Positions 18,745 through 29,986 are shown, numbered from the stretch's first letter. The stretch is 64,000 bases of DNA from Candidatus Latescibacterota bacterium (GCA_965219455.1 OZ244744.1:1-64000), one strand, 5' to 3'. Notes: generated from the sequence alone by a model not told the origin. Numbers and translations: made by a program.

Positions 18745-19776
18745 CTAATGATCCAACATTTCCTCGGCCAGGGCCGCCATATACCGGGTCAGAGGAATGA
18801 GCCTCGCGTACGGGATGCGGGTGGGGCCGATCAGCCCGATAACTCCGGAGATGGCGCCAACCCGGTATCTCGATGTAAGCACGCTGCAGCCGCGGAGTTC
18901 CGGCGGTCCGTTTTCGGTGCCGATCGTCACGGAAATCCCGTCATGTTCGGTCCGTTCGTCCAGGATCGTGATCATCGGTTCCCGGGCTTCAAGCAATTCC
19001 ATCAGGGCCGCCAGATCGTCTTTCCTGCGGTTGAATTCCGGCTGCATAATGAAGTTGCCGGCCCCGCCGAAGTGGAGATCCATACCGCTCTGGAAGCGGA
19101 AAAGGTTTGGCGCGCTATCACACAGCACACGCAGGAGTCTGGGAGATCCGTTTGAAACCTCACGGAGCCGTTCGGCGACCGAATCTCGAATCTCCGCAAC
19201 ACTGAGACCGGACAGGCGTTCGTTTACCGCCCGTGACGTCTCGTCCAATTCGCCAGGGGTAATGGCAGAGTCCACCTCCATCACCATCGTCTTCACCAGC
19301 CCCGACTTGATTGCAAGCACCAGCAGGAGCCTGCCCTCGGACAGATGGACCATTTCCAGGCGGTCGAAAACCCCCCGCTCGAACCTCGGCGAGAGAACCA
19401 TTCCCAGATTCATTGAAAGATCGGCGATCACCTTCGACATCTGCTCGAGCAACACTTCGATTTCGCCCTCCCGGACGTATGCCCGTACCCGCTCCCGGAT
19501 CTGTTCGCGTTCCTCTTCCTCCAGAGTCTGCCTGGGCATCACTCTGTCGACGTAATAGCGGTAGCCTTTATCCGTGGGGACGCGACCGGCCGACGTATGC
19601 GGATGCGTGAGCATGCCCTTCCCCTCCAGGTCGGCCATTGAGTTGCGCACCGTGGCGGAACTGAGACCCAGTCCGGACCTGGCGATGGCCCGCGATCCAA
19701 CGGGCCCGCCGGTATTGACGTGCGTACTGATGAGAATATTCAGAATCGCTGCTTCCCGCTGCTGTAACTGCACCAT
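18745..19776 (-). CDS. hrcA: Heat-inducible transcription repressor HrcA
   Basis: PVGS, SSATVRNSMADLE, HPHTSAGRVPTDKGYRYYVD, GLIGPTRIPY; ATG at 19776 after AGGAG chosen as start. Confidence 0.96.
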   Translation of the reverse strand: MVQLQQREAAILNILISTHVNTGGPVGSRAIARSGLGLSSATVRNSMADLEGKGMLTHPHTSAGRVPTDKGYRYYVDRVMPRQTLEEEEREQIRERVRAYVREGEIEVLLEQMSKVIADLSMNLGMVLSPRFERGVFDRLEMVHLSEGRLLLVLAIKSGLVKTMVMEVDSAITPGELDETSRAVNERLSGLSVAEIRDSVAERLREVSNGSPRLLRVLCDSAPNLFRFQSGMDLHFGGAGNFIMQPEFNRRKDDLAALMELLEAREPMITILDERTEHDGISVTIGTENGPPELRGCSVLTSRYRVGAISGVIGLIGPTRIPYARLIPLTRYMAALAEEMLDH

Positions 19777-19795
19777 ACGACCCACCCCTTCTCCT

Positions 19796-19977
19796 GGAGT
19801 CAGAGAATTACCGCGGGGGCCGGGGGAGACGCCCGTTGAGAAGAAGAAAATAACCCTTCGACAGTTTCTTCCGGGGAGAGATTGCAACCATTAAGGGCGG
19901 CGTTCAATGCATGCCTTACGCCAACACCAACCCGGTTGGCAGGGGGCTGTCTAAGGTTTCGGAACCTGTCTAACTCC
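19796..19977 (-). ncRNA. Candidate structured RNA in the hrcA 5' leader (thermometer-like or 6S-sized)
   Basis: Nested helices GGAGUUAGA/UCUGACUCC, CCUUAGACAG/CUGUCGAAGG, CCGGG/CCCGG, GGCGU/ACGCC; 182 nt. Confidence 0.4.
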
Positions 19978-19989
19978 ATATTCCAGGAA

Positions 19990-20018
19990 ATGATAAACGA
20001 ATGCGGCTGCATTGTCAA
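19990..20018 (-). promoter_or_regulatory. Sigma70-like promoter for the hrcA-grpE-dnaJ transcript
   Basis: Minus strand TTGACA(20018..20013)-17 nt-TATCAT(19995..19990). Confidence 0.7.
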
Positions 20019-20080
20019 GCCTTTTGGGTCAGTATCGGAACGGGTAAATTCGAGTCCCTGCGCCTGTACCGTAATGCCGG

Positions 20081-20174
20081 TGGCAATGCATCTGCCACGA
20101 TATCCCCTGCCCGGCCCGCAGACGCATCTATTAACATATATTTAATATAATAGAAATATATACGAAATATATGT
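20081..20174 (+). promoter_or_regulatory. glnA upstream region: sigma54-like -24/-12 element and AT-rich inverted repeat
   Basis: TGGCAATGCATCTGC has GG-N10-GC spacing (20081..20095); ACATATATTT(20134)/AAATATATGT(20165) perfect 10-bp inverted repeat. Confidence 0.4.
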
Positions 20175-20260
20175 CCCGTATATTTGCGCCGTTCCTGCAT
20201 TCGTTCTGACATAAATTATATAGACCGCATAAACTCACAACGCGCGAAAGGAGCGGCAGA

Positions 20261-21679
<1,419 letters not shown>

Positions 21680-21711
21680 TACCCAACAGCAGACAACGCA
21701 CGCAGGGCACG

Positions 21712-21747
21712 AACAGGGGGGCAGATAGCACCCCCTGTTTCTTTATT
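21712..21747 (+). terminator. Intrinsic terminator after glnA
   Basis: AACAGGGGG..CCCCCTGTT stem followed by TCTTTATT. Confidence 0.7.
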
Positions 21748-21791
21748 CGGATGCCGTCAATCAGGCCGGCCGACGGCCGGGAGCGCGTCCA

Positions 21792-22985
21792 ATGAGAATC
21801 ACCGACATCCGGACGTTCCACGTCGACGCCGGCTGGCGTACCTGGTTGTTCGTCAAGGTGGAAACCGACGACGGCATCACCGGCTGGGGCGAATGCAGCG
21901 ACGACAAGATGCCCGTCAGCGTTGCCGGCGCCGTGGAGGATTTCAAATCCGTGCTTGTCGGCAAGGATCCGCGCCCATATGAAATGCGGTTCTGGGATAT
22001 GGTCAGACGGGGCCGCCAGAGTCCCGAGGGCGCGGCCGCCAAAGCCATCGCGGGTATTGAACTGGCCCTGGTGGACATTAAGGCGCGGGCCCTCGGGATA
22101 TCCGTAACCGAACTATTCGGGGGGCCGACGCGTAACGACGTCCGCCTCTACTGGTCGCACTGCGGCACCAGCCGTATCCGGGCGCACGAACTCATCGGGA
22201 CGCCGCCATTGCGCACGCTGGACGATGTTGCCGCGCTGGGGCGGGAGGTCGTTAAACAGGGCTTCACCGCGCTCAAAACCAACATCCTCATGCCGGGCGA
22301 TCCCGGTTCCGTCTACTTTCCGGGTTTTGCCGGCGGCCCCGGAACGACCGATCAGGCCATTTCCACGCGCCTGTTGGCCCATATCGAATCTCTTGTGGGA
22401 ACCCTGAGAGAAGCCGTCGGTCCCGACGTCGACATCAACCTGGACCTCAACTTCAACTTCAAGCCGGAAGCCTGCAGGCGAATCGCAAGAATCCTGGAAC
22501 CATTCAATCTGCTCTGGCTTGAAATCGACATGTACGACCCGGATGCCATTCTGCAGATCAGACAGTCAACCGCCACGCCCATCTGCACCGGCGAAAATCT
22601 GTTTCACATGCGTGGCTATATCCCCTATTTTAAACGCCACGCGGCCGACGTGTTTATGGTTGACGTACCATGGAACGGCTTCTCCCAGGCAAAGAAAATC
22701 GGGGACCTCGCTGAAGTCTATCAGTTGAACGTGGCCCCGCACAACTACTACAGCCACCTCGCATCGTTCATCAGTGCGAGCCTCTGCGCCGTGCTGCCCA
22801 ACGTTCGGATCATGGAAATCGACATCGACGACGTGCCGTGGAAAGACGACCTGGTCACAAATCCGCCGCGGATCGCTAACGGACGCATGACCATCCCAAA
22901 TGGCCCGGGCTGGGGCACGGAAGTTGTGGAGGAAGCGCTGCTGGCCCACTCCCGGCAACCCGGGCGTCGGCCGACGGACTGCTAA
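21792..22985 (+). CDS. Mandelate racemase/muconate lactonizing enzyme family dehydratase (DgoD-like)
   Basis: FVKVETDDGITGWGE, IELALVDIKARALG, GFTALK, LDLN, WLE, TGEN, APHN. Confidence 0.9.
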   Translation: MRITDIRTFHVDAGWRTWLFVKVETDDGITGWGECSDDKMPVSVAGAVEDFKSVLVGKDPRPYEMRFWDMVRRGRQSPEGAAAKAIAGIELALVDIKARALGISVTELFGGPTRNDVRLYWSHCGTSRIRAHELIGTPPLRTLDDVAALGREVVKQGFTALKTNILMPGDPGSVYFPGFAGGPGTTDQAISTRLLAHIESLVGTLREAVGPDVDINLDLNFNFKPEACRRIARILEPFNLLWLEIDMYDPDAILQIRQSTATPICTGENLFHMRGYIPYFKRHAADVFMVDVPWNGFSQAKKIGDLAEVYQLNVAPHNYYSHLASFISASLCAVLPNVRIMEIDIDDVPWKDDLVTNPPRIANGRMTIPNGPGWGTEVVEEALLAHSRQPGRRPTDC

Positions 22986-22999
22986 AGAAAGGTTCTCCC

Positions 23000-24352
23000 A
23001 TGCGCGAAATCATTCTGCTCACGGACGAACAGATGCGGTTCTACGTCGTCAACGGATTCATTACCGTCAAGACGGAACTTCCGCCGGAATTCCATCAGGA
23101 CATCTACGAACGCACCGATTCCATATTCGAGAAAGAGGGCAACCCAGGGAATAACCTTCTGCCCCGAATGCCGGAAATTCGGCAGGTCTTCAATGACCCG
23201 TACGTGGCCGGCGCTCTCACCGGCCTGCTGGGCGCCAGCCACTACATGCATCCTCACCGCCACTGCCACTGCAACCCGCCGGGAAGCCCCGGCCAGCGCA
23301 TGCATAAAGACGGCTGGAGCCGGCGGCACCACCATACAAGATGGGCCATGGCGTTTTATTATCCACAGCCGACGCCGACACGTCTGGGACCCACCGGCGT
23401 GGCGCCGGGCAGCCACTTCAACAATACATATAGCGCCGAAGACGGTGACGAACTGGCACTTTTCGGGGAGGCGGGTGACGTCACGATCGTACATTACGAC
23501 CTGTGGCACCGGGCTATGCCCAATACCGGCGACCGGTCCCGCTATATGATGAAGTTCCTGTTTGTGCGAATGCAGGAACCCAACGGACCAAGCTGGCAGT
23601 ATACCGACGCCGGGAACCGGACGCGGGATGCCTGGGAGCACGCGGAAGAACGCACGCCGCTGTGGGACCACCTGTGGAACTGGCACCGGGGACGTTCATC
23701 CACAAATGGCCTGAACGTACCGGTGGCCAGTATCGCGCGGGATCTGGACCACACACATGAAAACACCGCCCTGAATGCAGCCTACCGCCTCGCCTTGACG
23801 GGGCCACCCGCCATTCCCGCCCTCACAAGACTTCTGGACGACGGGACTGAATCCGTGCGCCGCAATGCGGCTTATGCCCTCAGCGCCATCGGCGCGCCGG
23901 CGGTTCCGAGCGTGATTGAAAGGATTGAAAACGACCCTGCCCTGGCTGTTGAGATCCTGGCGGATATCGGCAGAGGCGCCGAAGAGGCCGTACCTGGACT
24001 GGTCGATACGCTCGGACATGAAAATCCGGACGTCCGCCGATGGTCTGCGGAAGCCCTGGGAAATATCGCCGTTGCGGAACCGGCCGTGGTTTCCGGCTTA
24101 CAAAAACAAATGAAGGACACCGACGGCGACACGCGACGCACAGCCGCACTTGCTCTGGCCAAACTGGGACCGGGAGCGGAATCCTCCATCCCGGAACTCC
24201 GTGACGGGCTTGCAGACGGCAACCGGTACGTGCGGGGCAACGCGGCCGAAGCGCTCAGACGAATCGGTACCCCCGCGGCGTTGAATGCCCTCATCCCGGC
24301 GTTGACCACGGCCCGCTGGTGTCCCGGAACAACACCTGAGAGCACGTTCTAG
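23000..24352 (+). CDS. Phytanoyl-CoA dioxygenase (PhyH)-family domain fused to HEAT repeats
   Basis: HKD, PGSH, GDVTIVHYDLWHRAMPN, RYMMKF; C-terminal VRRNAAYAL / VRRWSAEALG / VRGNAAEAL repeats. Confidence 0.88.
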   Translation: MREIILLTDEQMRFYVVNGFITVKTELPPEFHQDIYERTDSIFEKEGNPGNNLLPRMPEIRQVFNDPYVAGALTGLLGASHYMHPHRHCHCNPPGSPGQRMHKDGWSRRHHHTRWAMAFYYPQPTPTRLGPTGVAPGSHFNNTYSAEDGDELALFGEAGDVTIVHYDLWHRAMPNTGDRSRYMMKFLFVRMQEPNGPSWQYTDAGNRTRDAWEHAEERTPLWDHLWNWHRGRSSTNGLNVPVASIARDLDHTHENTALNAAYRLALTGPPAIPALTRLLDDGTESVRRNAAYALSAIGAPAVPSVIERIENDPALAVEILADIGRGAEEAVPGLVDTLGHENPDVRRWSAEALGNIAVAEPAVVSGLQKQMKDTDGDTRRTAALALAKLGPGAESSIPELRDGLADGNRYVRGNAAEALRRIGTPAALNALIPALTTARWCPGTTPESTF

Positions 24353-24427
24353 AAACCGGTCCCCGTCCCCGGGTATCGATACCAGAGTCGCAAATCAGCG
24401 ATATTCAGAATTCGAACTGAAAATATG

Positions 24428-24456
24428 TTGACACATTTAAAAGATTCACTTATATT
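24428..24456 (+). promoter_or_regulatory. Near-consensus sigma70 promoter
   Basis: TTGACA(24428)-17 nt-TATATT(24451). Confidence 0.65.
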
Positions 24457-24497
24457 GCGCCTGCAGAACTTCCCTCCGAAACAAGGGTCTGGCGGTT

Positions 24498-24716
24498 ATG
24501 AAAATGAGTAAGGGCTGGAAACGGTTTCTCGGTGTGTCGGCCGGCCTGTTCACGGTTGCCGGCGGCGCCCTCTTCTTCATCTGCGTCCTTCTCGGTTCGA
24601 GGGTCAAGGCCGCTTTTGCCGCCCGCCACCGGCTTGTTGAGCAATCCGTCTCAATCGATCGCTTTACACTGGGCGGTTTGACTCTGGACGAAAAAACGGC
24701 CGTCGCCTCCGACTGA
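24498..24716 (+). CDS. Small single-TM hypothetical protein
   Basis: Basic N-terminus plus ~22-aa hydrophobic stretch; lies directly downstream of a strong promoter; RBS weak. Confidence 0.45.
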   Translation: MKMSKGWKRFLGVSAGLFTVAGGALFFICVLLGSRVKAAFAARHRLVEQSVSIDRFTLGGLTLDEKTAVASD

Positions 24717-24918
24717 CCGTTTGCAATTCCAACCGACCCCGATTCCATTCCCTTTCCGAATTGACGTCCGGATATTCTCCCCGTTGCCTGTCATCCCCCT
24801 GGAAATCCCGCTCGACGTCTGTCACGCCGCGTGTGGATGAATTGCCGCGTTACAATGGACCGGACCGCGCCGACAGATGAAAACGCCGCAGACCGGACGA
24901 CGTTCCGGGATCCGGTCC

Positions 24919-26718
24919 CTACTCCCACTCGACCGTTCCCGGCGGTTTGTGCGTCACGTCGTAAAACACCGCCTCGATGCCGTCTTCAGACAGAATCTCA
25001 CCTGCGAGTTTCCGCACGAAATCATATGGCAGCGCGGAAAACCGCGCGGTCATAAAGTCCGGCGTCTCCACCGGCCTCAGGACCACGGTTTCCGCGATAC
25101 CGTCGGATGTCAGCGGCAATAAGACGGTGGGCATCTGGGATACCGTCGTCAGCAGATCCTCTCGCTCCAGCGCAGCCATCGCAAGCGCATCCGCGTCTCT
25201 GAGCAGGTTCAGGCGAGACTGCGTCAAGAATGCCCGTTTCAGCTTCAGCGCCGGAAGCGACCGTGGCGCAAGCAGATACACCACCCTGTTGATCGCATGT
25301 ATGGCATTCGTAATTCGCGTGGAAACGTCCTCCAATATTGTCCAGTCCGCCTCTCCCCAGACGACCGCCGGGTGCGCGTAGGTGCGGAAGTCTCCCTGGA
25401 CGCCCACACTCCGGAGCGGGAGCACACGGAGCCCAAGCCCCGCGCCGGCGGCTATATCGCGGGCGGCTTCCTCGGCGTCCGCGTTCGGCGTGGCGGTGCC
25501 TTCGCCTCGTGAGCAGAGGCAACGCACAGACAGCCCGGGTCCGGGAAAAGGCTGGCGCCATATCAGATGCGGCGGCAGGCCGAGTGCAATCCCCAGTTCG
25601 CGCACTTCGTCTTTGTACAAATGTGCCAGCGGCTCGATTACCAGTCCACGGGCAATCAGTTCTTCGACCACGTCCACCCGGTTGTGGTGCGTCTTGATCA
25701 CCTCTGAATGTTCCGTCCCACCGGACTCGATGGTATCCGGATAGAGTGTGCCCTGCCCCAGCAACCATCCATCGGAATCCAGTTCCATCCGGGCCAGCAC
25801 GCGATCCTTGACTTCGAGAAACGACCGGCCAACGGCCAGCCGCTTCTGTTCCGGCTCTACCAGGCCCTCCACGCTCAGCAGAAATTCCCGCGTCGCATCC
25901 TCTACAATCAGATTTGCGAATCCTTCGTCCCGGAGCGCGTCCGCCACGTCGGCGGACTCACCCTTGCGCATGAACCCGTTGTTGATATGCAGCCCCAGCA
26001 CTCGTTCAGGCCCCAGCGCCCGGTTAAACAGCGCGAAAGCCACGCTTGAATCCACGCCGCCTGAAACCAGCAGAAACACACGTTTCCGCCCCACCTGTTC
26101 TTGAATCTGTTCCATCGCCGTTTCCGCGTAATTGGCCATGGTCCAGGTACGCGGCGCGTTGCAGATGTTCAGAAAATTGTCCAGTATATCCATTCCGCGG
26201 GCGGTATGCGCAACCTCCGGGTGGAATTGCAGTCCGTAGAGGTGGCGGCGTTGGTCCCCCACCGCGGCCGTTGCGCAATCTTCCGTCGTACCCAGCACCT
26301 CGAACCCCTCCGGCAGGCGGCTGGCCGAGTCGCCGTGGCTCATCCAAACGACCTGAGACGCGTCCATGCCTGCGAACAGCCCGGACCTCGAACGAATCCG
26401 CAGTTCCGCCGAACCGTATTCGCGGATATCCCTTCGGGCAACCTCACCGCCCAATTCCTGGCAGACCAGCTGATGGCCGTAACAAAGGCCAAGCACGGGC
26501 AGCCCGCAACGAAGATGTGCCGAATTGAACGCCGGCTGATCCGGATCGTAGACACTCGCGGGACCTCCCGACAGAATCAAACCCGAGAACCCCTCGATTT
26601 CCGAGGTGTCGGCGGTGGGCGGGAAGACTTCCGAATAAACGCGCAACCGGCGGATGCGATTTGCGATCAGATGCGCGTATTGCCCGCCGAAGTCCAGCAC
26701 GGCGATGCCGTTTTGCAT
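24919..26718 (-). CDS. guaA: GMP synthase (glutamine-hydrolysing)
   Basis: LDFGGQY, SGGP, GLCYGHQ, QFHPEV, SGGVDS, QGTLYPDTIES, IKTHHN, PFPGPGL, KPPGTVEWE. Confidence 0.97.
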   Translation of the reverse strand: MQNGIAVLDFGGQYAHLIANRIRRLRVYSEVFPPTADTSEIEGFSGLILSGGPASVYDPDQPAFNSAHLRCGLPVLGLCYGHQLVCQELGGEVARRDIREYGSAELRIRSRSGLFAGMDASQVVWMSHGDSASRLPEGFEVLGTTEDCATAAVGDQRRHLYGLQFHPEVAHTARGMDILDNFLNICNAPRTWTMANYAETAMEQIQEQVGRKRVFLLVSGGVDSSVAFALFNRALGPERVLGLHINNGFMRKGESADVADALRDEGFANLIVEDATREFLLSVEGLVEPEQKRLAVGRSFLEVKDRVLARMELDSDGWLLGQGTLYPDTIESGGTEHSEVIKTHHNRVDVVEELIARGLVIEPLAHLYKDEVRELGIALGLPPHLIWRQPFPGPGLSVRCLCSRGEGTATPNADAEEAARDIAAGAGLGLRVLPLRSVGVQGDFRTYAHPAVVWGEADWTILEDVSTRITNAIHAINRVVYLLAPRSLPALKLKRAFLTQSRLNLLRDADALAMAALEREDLLTTVSQMPTVLLPLTSDGIAETVVLRPVETPDFMTARFSALPYDFVRKLAGEILSEDGIEAVFYDVTHKPPGTVEWE

Positions 26719-26742
26719 GCATGCTCCTCCAGGCGGCCCGAA

Positions 26743-26946
26743 TCACTCCCTTGTCTTCACAATCTCTCTAAGGAAGTCTTCACCTGAAAACTCGTTGCAT
26801 CCCGTGGCCTCTATAAGGAGATCCAGGATCTCACGCCGCGTGCGACGGTCATATATCAGATCTTCAAACACCTCTCTGGACTTTCTGCGTCCCAGGGCCT
26901 GCTCGATCTCTCCGGGTGTCATCCATAAACTTCCCGTTGCCGACAT
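26743..26946 (-). CDS. Small hypothetical protein
   Basis: AGGAGGATAGAGGA RBS region; helical charged sequence; 25 nt upstream of guaA. Confidence 0.6.
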   Translation of the reverse strand: MSATGSLWMTPGEIEQALGRRKSREVFEDLIYDRRTRREILDLLIEATGCNEFSGEDFLREIVKTRE

Positions 26947-27299
26947 TCCTCTATCCTCCTGTTTTAAACAGGCTTAAACACAATCCGAAGAGATGAAAAT
27001 AACTGAAATACGGCCCTGTGTCAACAGTTAAAAAAAGGATCCGCGCGTCGCGGAACATAACACCGTTCCCCAGCGACCCCATATCATGTCGATCGAGACC
27101 CTTGAGGCCGGACGCAAGCCATCGATCTCATGAATCCATCGAATGCGGGGTTCACGCTTCACGGTTCCAACATGCCGTCAGCGCACACGGACTGGCGCAG
27201 CCGCCGACTTCCCGAATGCAGGTGTCCGCGCGGTTGCCAAGAATCGCAAAAATGAGTACCCTTAGACTCGGATACCTATCCCCGTTACGAGAGGTTCGG

Positions 27300-27713
27300 A
27301 TGGCCGTGAACGATCTGCCAGCCCTCAACGCGATTTTCAATTCGATCAGCGCCTGCCTTCTCTTGCTGGGTTATCTGCAGATCCGGCGCGGCAATATCCG
27401 GCAACACAGACGAATGATGCTCTTCGCACTCGTCTTCTCGGCACTGTTTCTAACGTCGTATCTCGTCTATCATATCCACGTCGGGTCGGTGCCCTATCCT
27501 CACCACGACTGGACCCGCAGCGTCTATTTTTCCATCCTGATCCCGCACGTCGTCCTGGCCGGTCTGAATGCGCCTTTCGTCCTGGTGGTCGTGTGGCTGG
27601 CCTTACGCGGGAAATTCCAGACCCACAGACGCCTCGCCCGTTGGGTGTGGCCGGTCTGGATGTTCGTGTGTATCAGCGGCGTTATCATCTACGTGATGCT
27701 TTACCGGCTGTAA
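27300..27713 (+). CDS. DUF420-family membrane protein
   Basis: LPALNAIFN, HRRMM, FLTSYLVYH, YFSILIPHVVLA, HRRLARW..W..SGVIIY; ATG after GAGG. Confidence 0.9.
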   Translation: MAVNDLPALNAIFNSISACLLLLGYLQIRRGNIRQHRRMMLFALVFSALFLTSYLVYHIHVGSVPYPHHDWTRSVYFSILIPHVVLAGLNAPFVLVVVWLALRGKFQTHRRLARWVWPVWMFVCISGVIIYVMLYRL

Positions 27714-27731
27714 CAGACAAGGAGGCATCCC

Positions 27732-28628
27732 ATGACTGTACTTGTATCGGGTTCATCCGGGCTCGTCGGCTCAGCCCTCATTCCGCATCTGGAAGCCAGC
27801 GGCCACCGTGTCTTGAGGCTCGTTCGCACAAGCCCGAAAAGCGATCTGGAACGGCGGTGGGACCCTGAAACGGGAGAACTCGCTGCTGCCGACCTGGAAG
27901 GAATCCAGGCCGTGGTGCACCTGGCTGGCGAGAACATTGCCTCAGGCAGGTGGAACGAAGCAAAGAAAAACAGAATCCGCAGCAGTCGCGAAGACGGCAC
28001 CCGGCTTCTGGCCCAAGGCCTTGCGAAGTTGCAGACGCCTCCCGGGGTTCTGATCTCCGCTTCGGCTATCGGATACTACGGCAACCGCGGCGAGGAAATC
28101 CTGAATGAGGAAAGCCCGCCGGGTGCCGACTTCCTGGCGGAGACGTGCATCGCCTGGGAGAATGCCGCGCGGCCCGCGGGGGACGCGGGCGTCCGTACGG
28201 TGTACGTAAGAATCGGAATCGTGCTCAGCGCCGACGGCGGCGCCCTTGCCAAAATGCTATTCCCGTTTAGAATGGGCGTTGGGGGTGTGATTGGCAGCGG
28301 CGATCAGTATATGAGCTGGATTTCTCTGAGTGATCTGGCAGGAATCATCAACCACGCCCTCAACACGGAAACGCTCCAGGGACCTGTCAATGCCGTGTCG
28401 CCGGCGCCGGTTACAAACAGGGAATTCACCAAAACACTGGGGGGCGCCCTCTCCCGTCCAACCCTCTTCCCCATGCCGTCCTTCGCCGCCCGGCTGGCTT
28501 TCGGTGAAATGGCGGATGCCCTGCTGCTGTCGAGCACCCGCGTACTGCCCGCCCGGCTGCAGGAAACCGGTTATGTTTTTCAACACCCCAAACTGGACGG
28601 CGCGCTTCGGCACGTATTAAACCTCTAG
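27732..28628 (+). CDS. TIGR01777-family NAD-dependent epimerase/oxidoreductase
   Basis: SGSSGLVG, HLAGENI, SASAIGYYG, CIAWE, RIGIVL, GSGDQYMSWI, GPVNAVSP. Confidence 0.93.
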   Translation: MTVLVSGSSGLVGSALIPHLEASGHRVLRLVRTSPKSDLERRWDPETGELAAADLEGIQAVVHLAGENIASGRWNEAKKNRIRSSREDGTRLLAQGLAKLQTPPGVLISASAIGYYGNRGEEILNEESPPGADFLAETCIAWENAARPAGDAGVRTVYVRIGIVLSADGGALAKMLFPFRMGVGGVIGSGDQYMSWISLSDLAGIINHALNTETLQGPVNAVSPAPVTNREFTKTLGGALSRPTLFPMPSFAARLAFGEMADALLLSSTRVLPARLQETGYVFQHPKLDGALRHVLNL

Positions 28629-28639
28629 CAGCCCGCTCG

Positions 28640-29986
28640 CTACACAATACCGTTCAACCGGCACACAACATCGAATAGTACCTGTACCCCAAACCGCACA
28701 TTCGCGACGGACACCCGTTCGTCGTGTCCATGGCACAACTCGAAAAATGCCTCACCCTCTTCGTACCGCATGGGTATGAATCCGTATACGTGGATATCGC
28801 GATCCCGCAGAAACCGCGCATCCGTACCACCCGTCTGCATATAAGGGACCACGGCCCCATCGGGATCGAATCGGGCGATTGACGCCTGGATGGCGTCGAA
28901 CAGCGGCGTCTCATGGCCGAACTCCGTGCCCGGCCTGAAGGCGCTTCCCATCTCCAGGGCGACGCCCTCGCCCGCAAGGTCGCGAACTTCGCGGACGAAC
29001 CCCGCCTCATCCGCCCCCGGCAATGGCCTGCCGCTCAACCTGGCCACGGCCTCGGAAGGGATCACATTGCGTTTCACGCCGGCTTCGAGAATGGTCGGCG
29101 CACACGTATTGCGCACCATTGCGTCGAACATCAACCGGGTCGGCTCGTCAACCGGCAAGGCGGACAAAGCCGCGTCGCAGCGCTCCGGTTCCAGCACGCC
29201 CAGGAGCAGATCCGCCACCGCGTCCCTGACCTGCGCACCCGCGGCACCCTCGAAGAATGCCCGGACCCCGGCCGTGACCCGATGCGGCATCTTCACGTCG
29301 CTCAATTTCTCCAGTGCCCTGGCCAGATGAAATACCGCATTGTCGCTGTGGGGCACGGAACTGTGTCCCGGTTGCCCGCGCGCAACCAGATTCAACTCGG
29401 CACTTCCCTTCTCGGCTACCTGGCACGTGTATACCGGCCGCCCGTCGATCAGCAATGCAAAGCCGCCGGCCTCATTGATGCCGTATTCGGCGTCGAACAC
29501 CTCGGGGTGGTTGGCGTTAAGCCAACGCACGCCGTGCACCCCCCCGAGTTCCTCGTCTGCGGCTGCCACCAGAACCAGGTCCCGCGTCAGCGGAATTCCC
29601 ATCCGCTTTAACATCAACAATACCTGAAGCCCCACGGCCGTCGTGAGCTTGGAATCGATCGCTCCTCGTCCCCAGACATACCCCGCCGCCACCTCACCGC
29701 CGAATGGGGCGTGCGTCCACTTCTCCGGCTCCGCGGGAACAACATCCACGTGGGAAAGCAGCAGTACGGGGCGTTCGGATCCATCGCCCTTGAGACGCAC
29801 GACCAGATTCCCGCGTCCAGGCGCCGATTCCAGGATGGCGGGAGAGAGCCCCTCCCCGGCCAGCGCCCCGGCAATGTCCCGCACCAGAGGCAATTCGTTC
29901 CCCGGGGGATTCGTGGTGTCGAATCGAAGCAGCCTGCAAAGCCAGTCCACCGCCTCCCGGCCCGCTTTATCCCAATCCACATTCAT
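28640..29986 (-). CDS. M20/M25/M40-family metallo-hydrolase
   Basis: DTTNPPGNE, HVDVVP, WGRGAIDSK, ADEE, EKG, GHSS, GGTDAR, HGHDER. Confidence 0.92.
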   Translation of the reverse strand: MNVDWDKAGREAVDWLCRLLRFDTTNPPGNELPLVRDIAGALAGEGLSPAILESAPGRGNLVVRLKGDGSERPVLLLSHVDVVPAEPEKWTHAPFGGEVAAGYVWGRGAIDSKLTTAVGLQVLLMLKRMGIPLTRDLVLVAAADEELGGVHGVRWLNANHPEVFDAEYGINEAGGFALLIDGRPVYTCQVAEKGSAELNLVARGQPGHSSVPHSDNAVFHLARALEKLSDVKMPHRVTAGVRAFFEGAAGAQVRDAVADLLLGVLEPERCDAALSALPVDEPTRLMFDAMVRNTCAPTILEAGVKRNVIPSEAVARLSGRPLPGADEAGFVREVRDLAGEGVALEMGSAFRPGTEFGHETPLFDAIQASIARFDPDGAVVPYMQTGGTDARFLRDRDIHVYGFIPMRYEEGEAFFELCHGHDERVSVANVRFGVQVLFDVVCRLNGIV

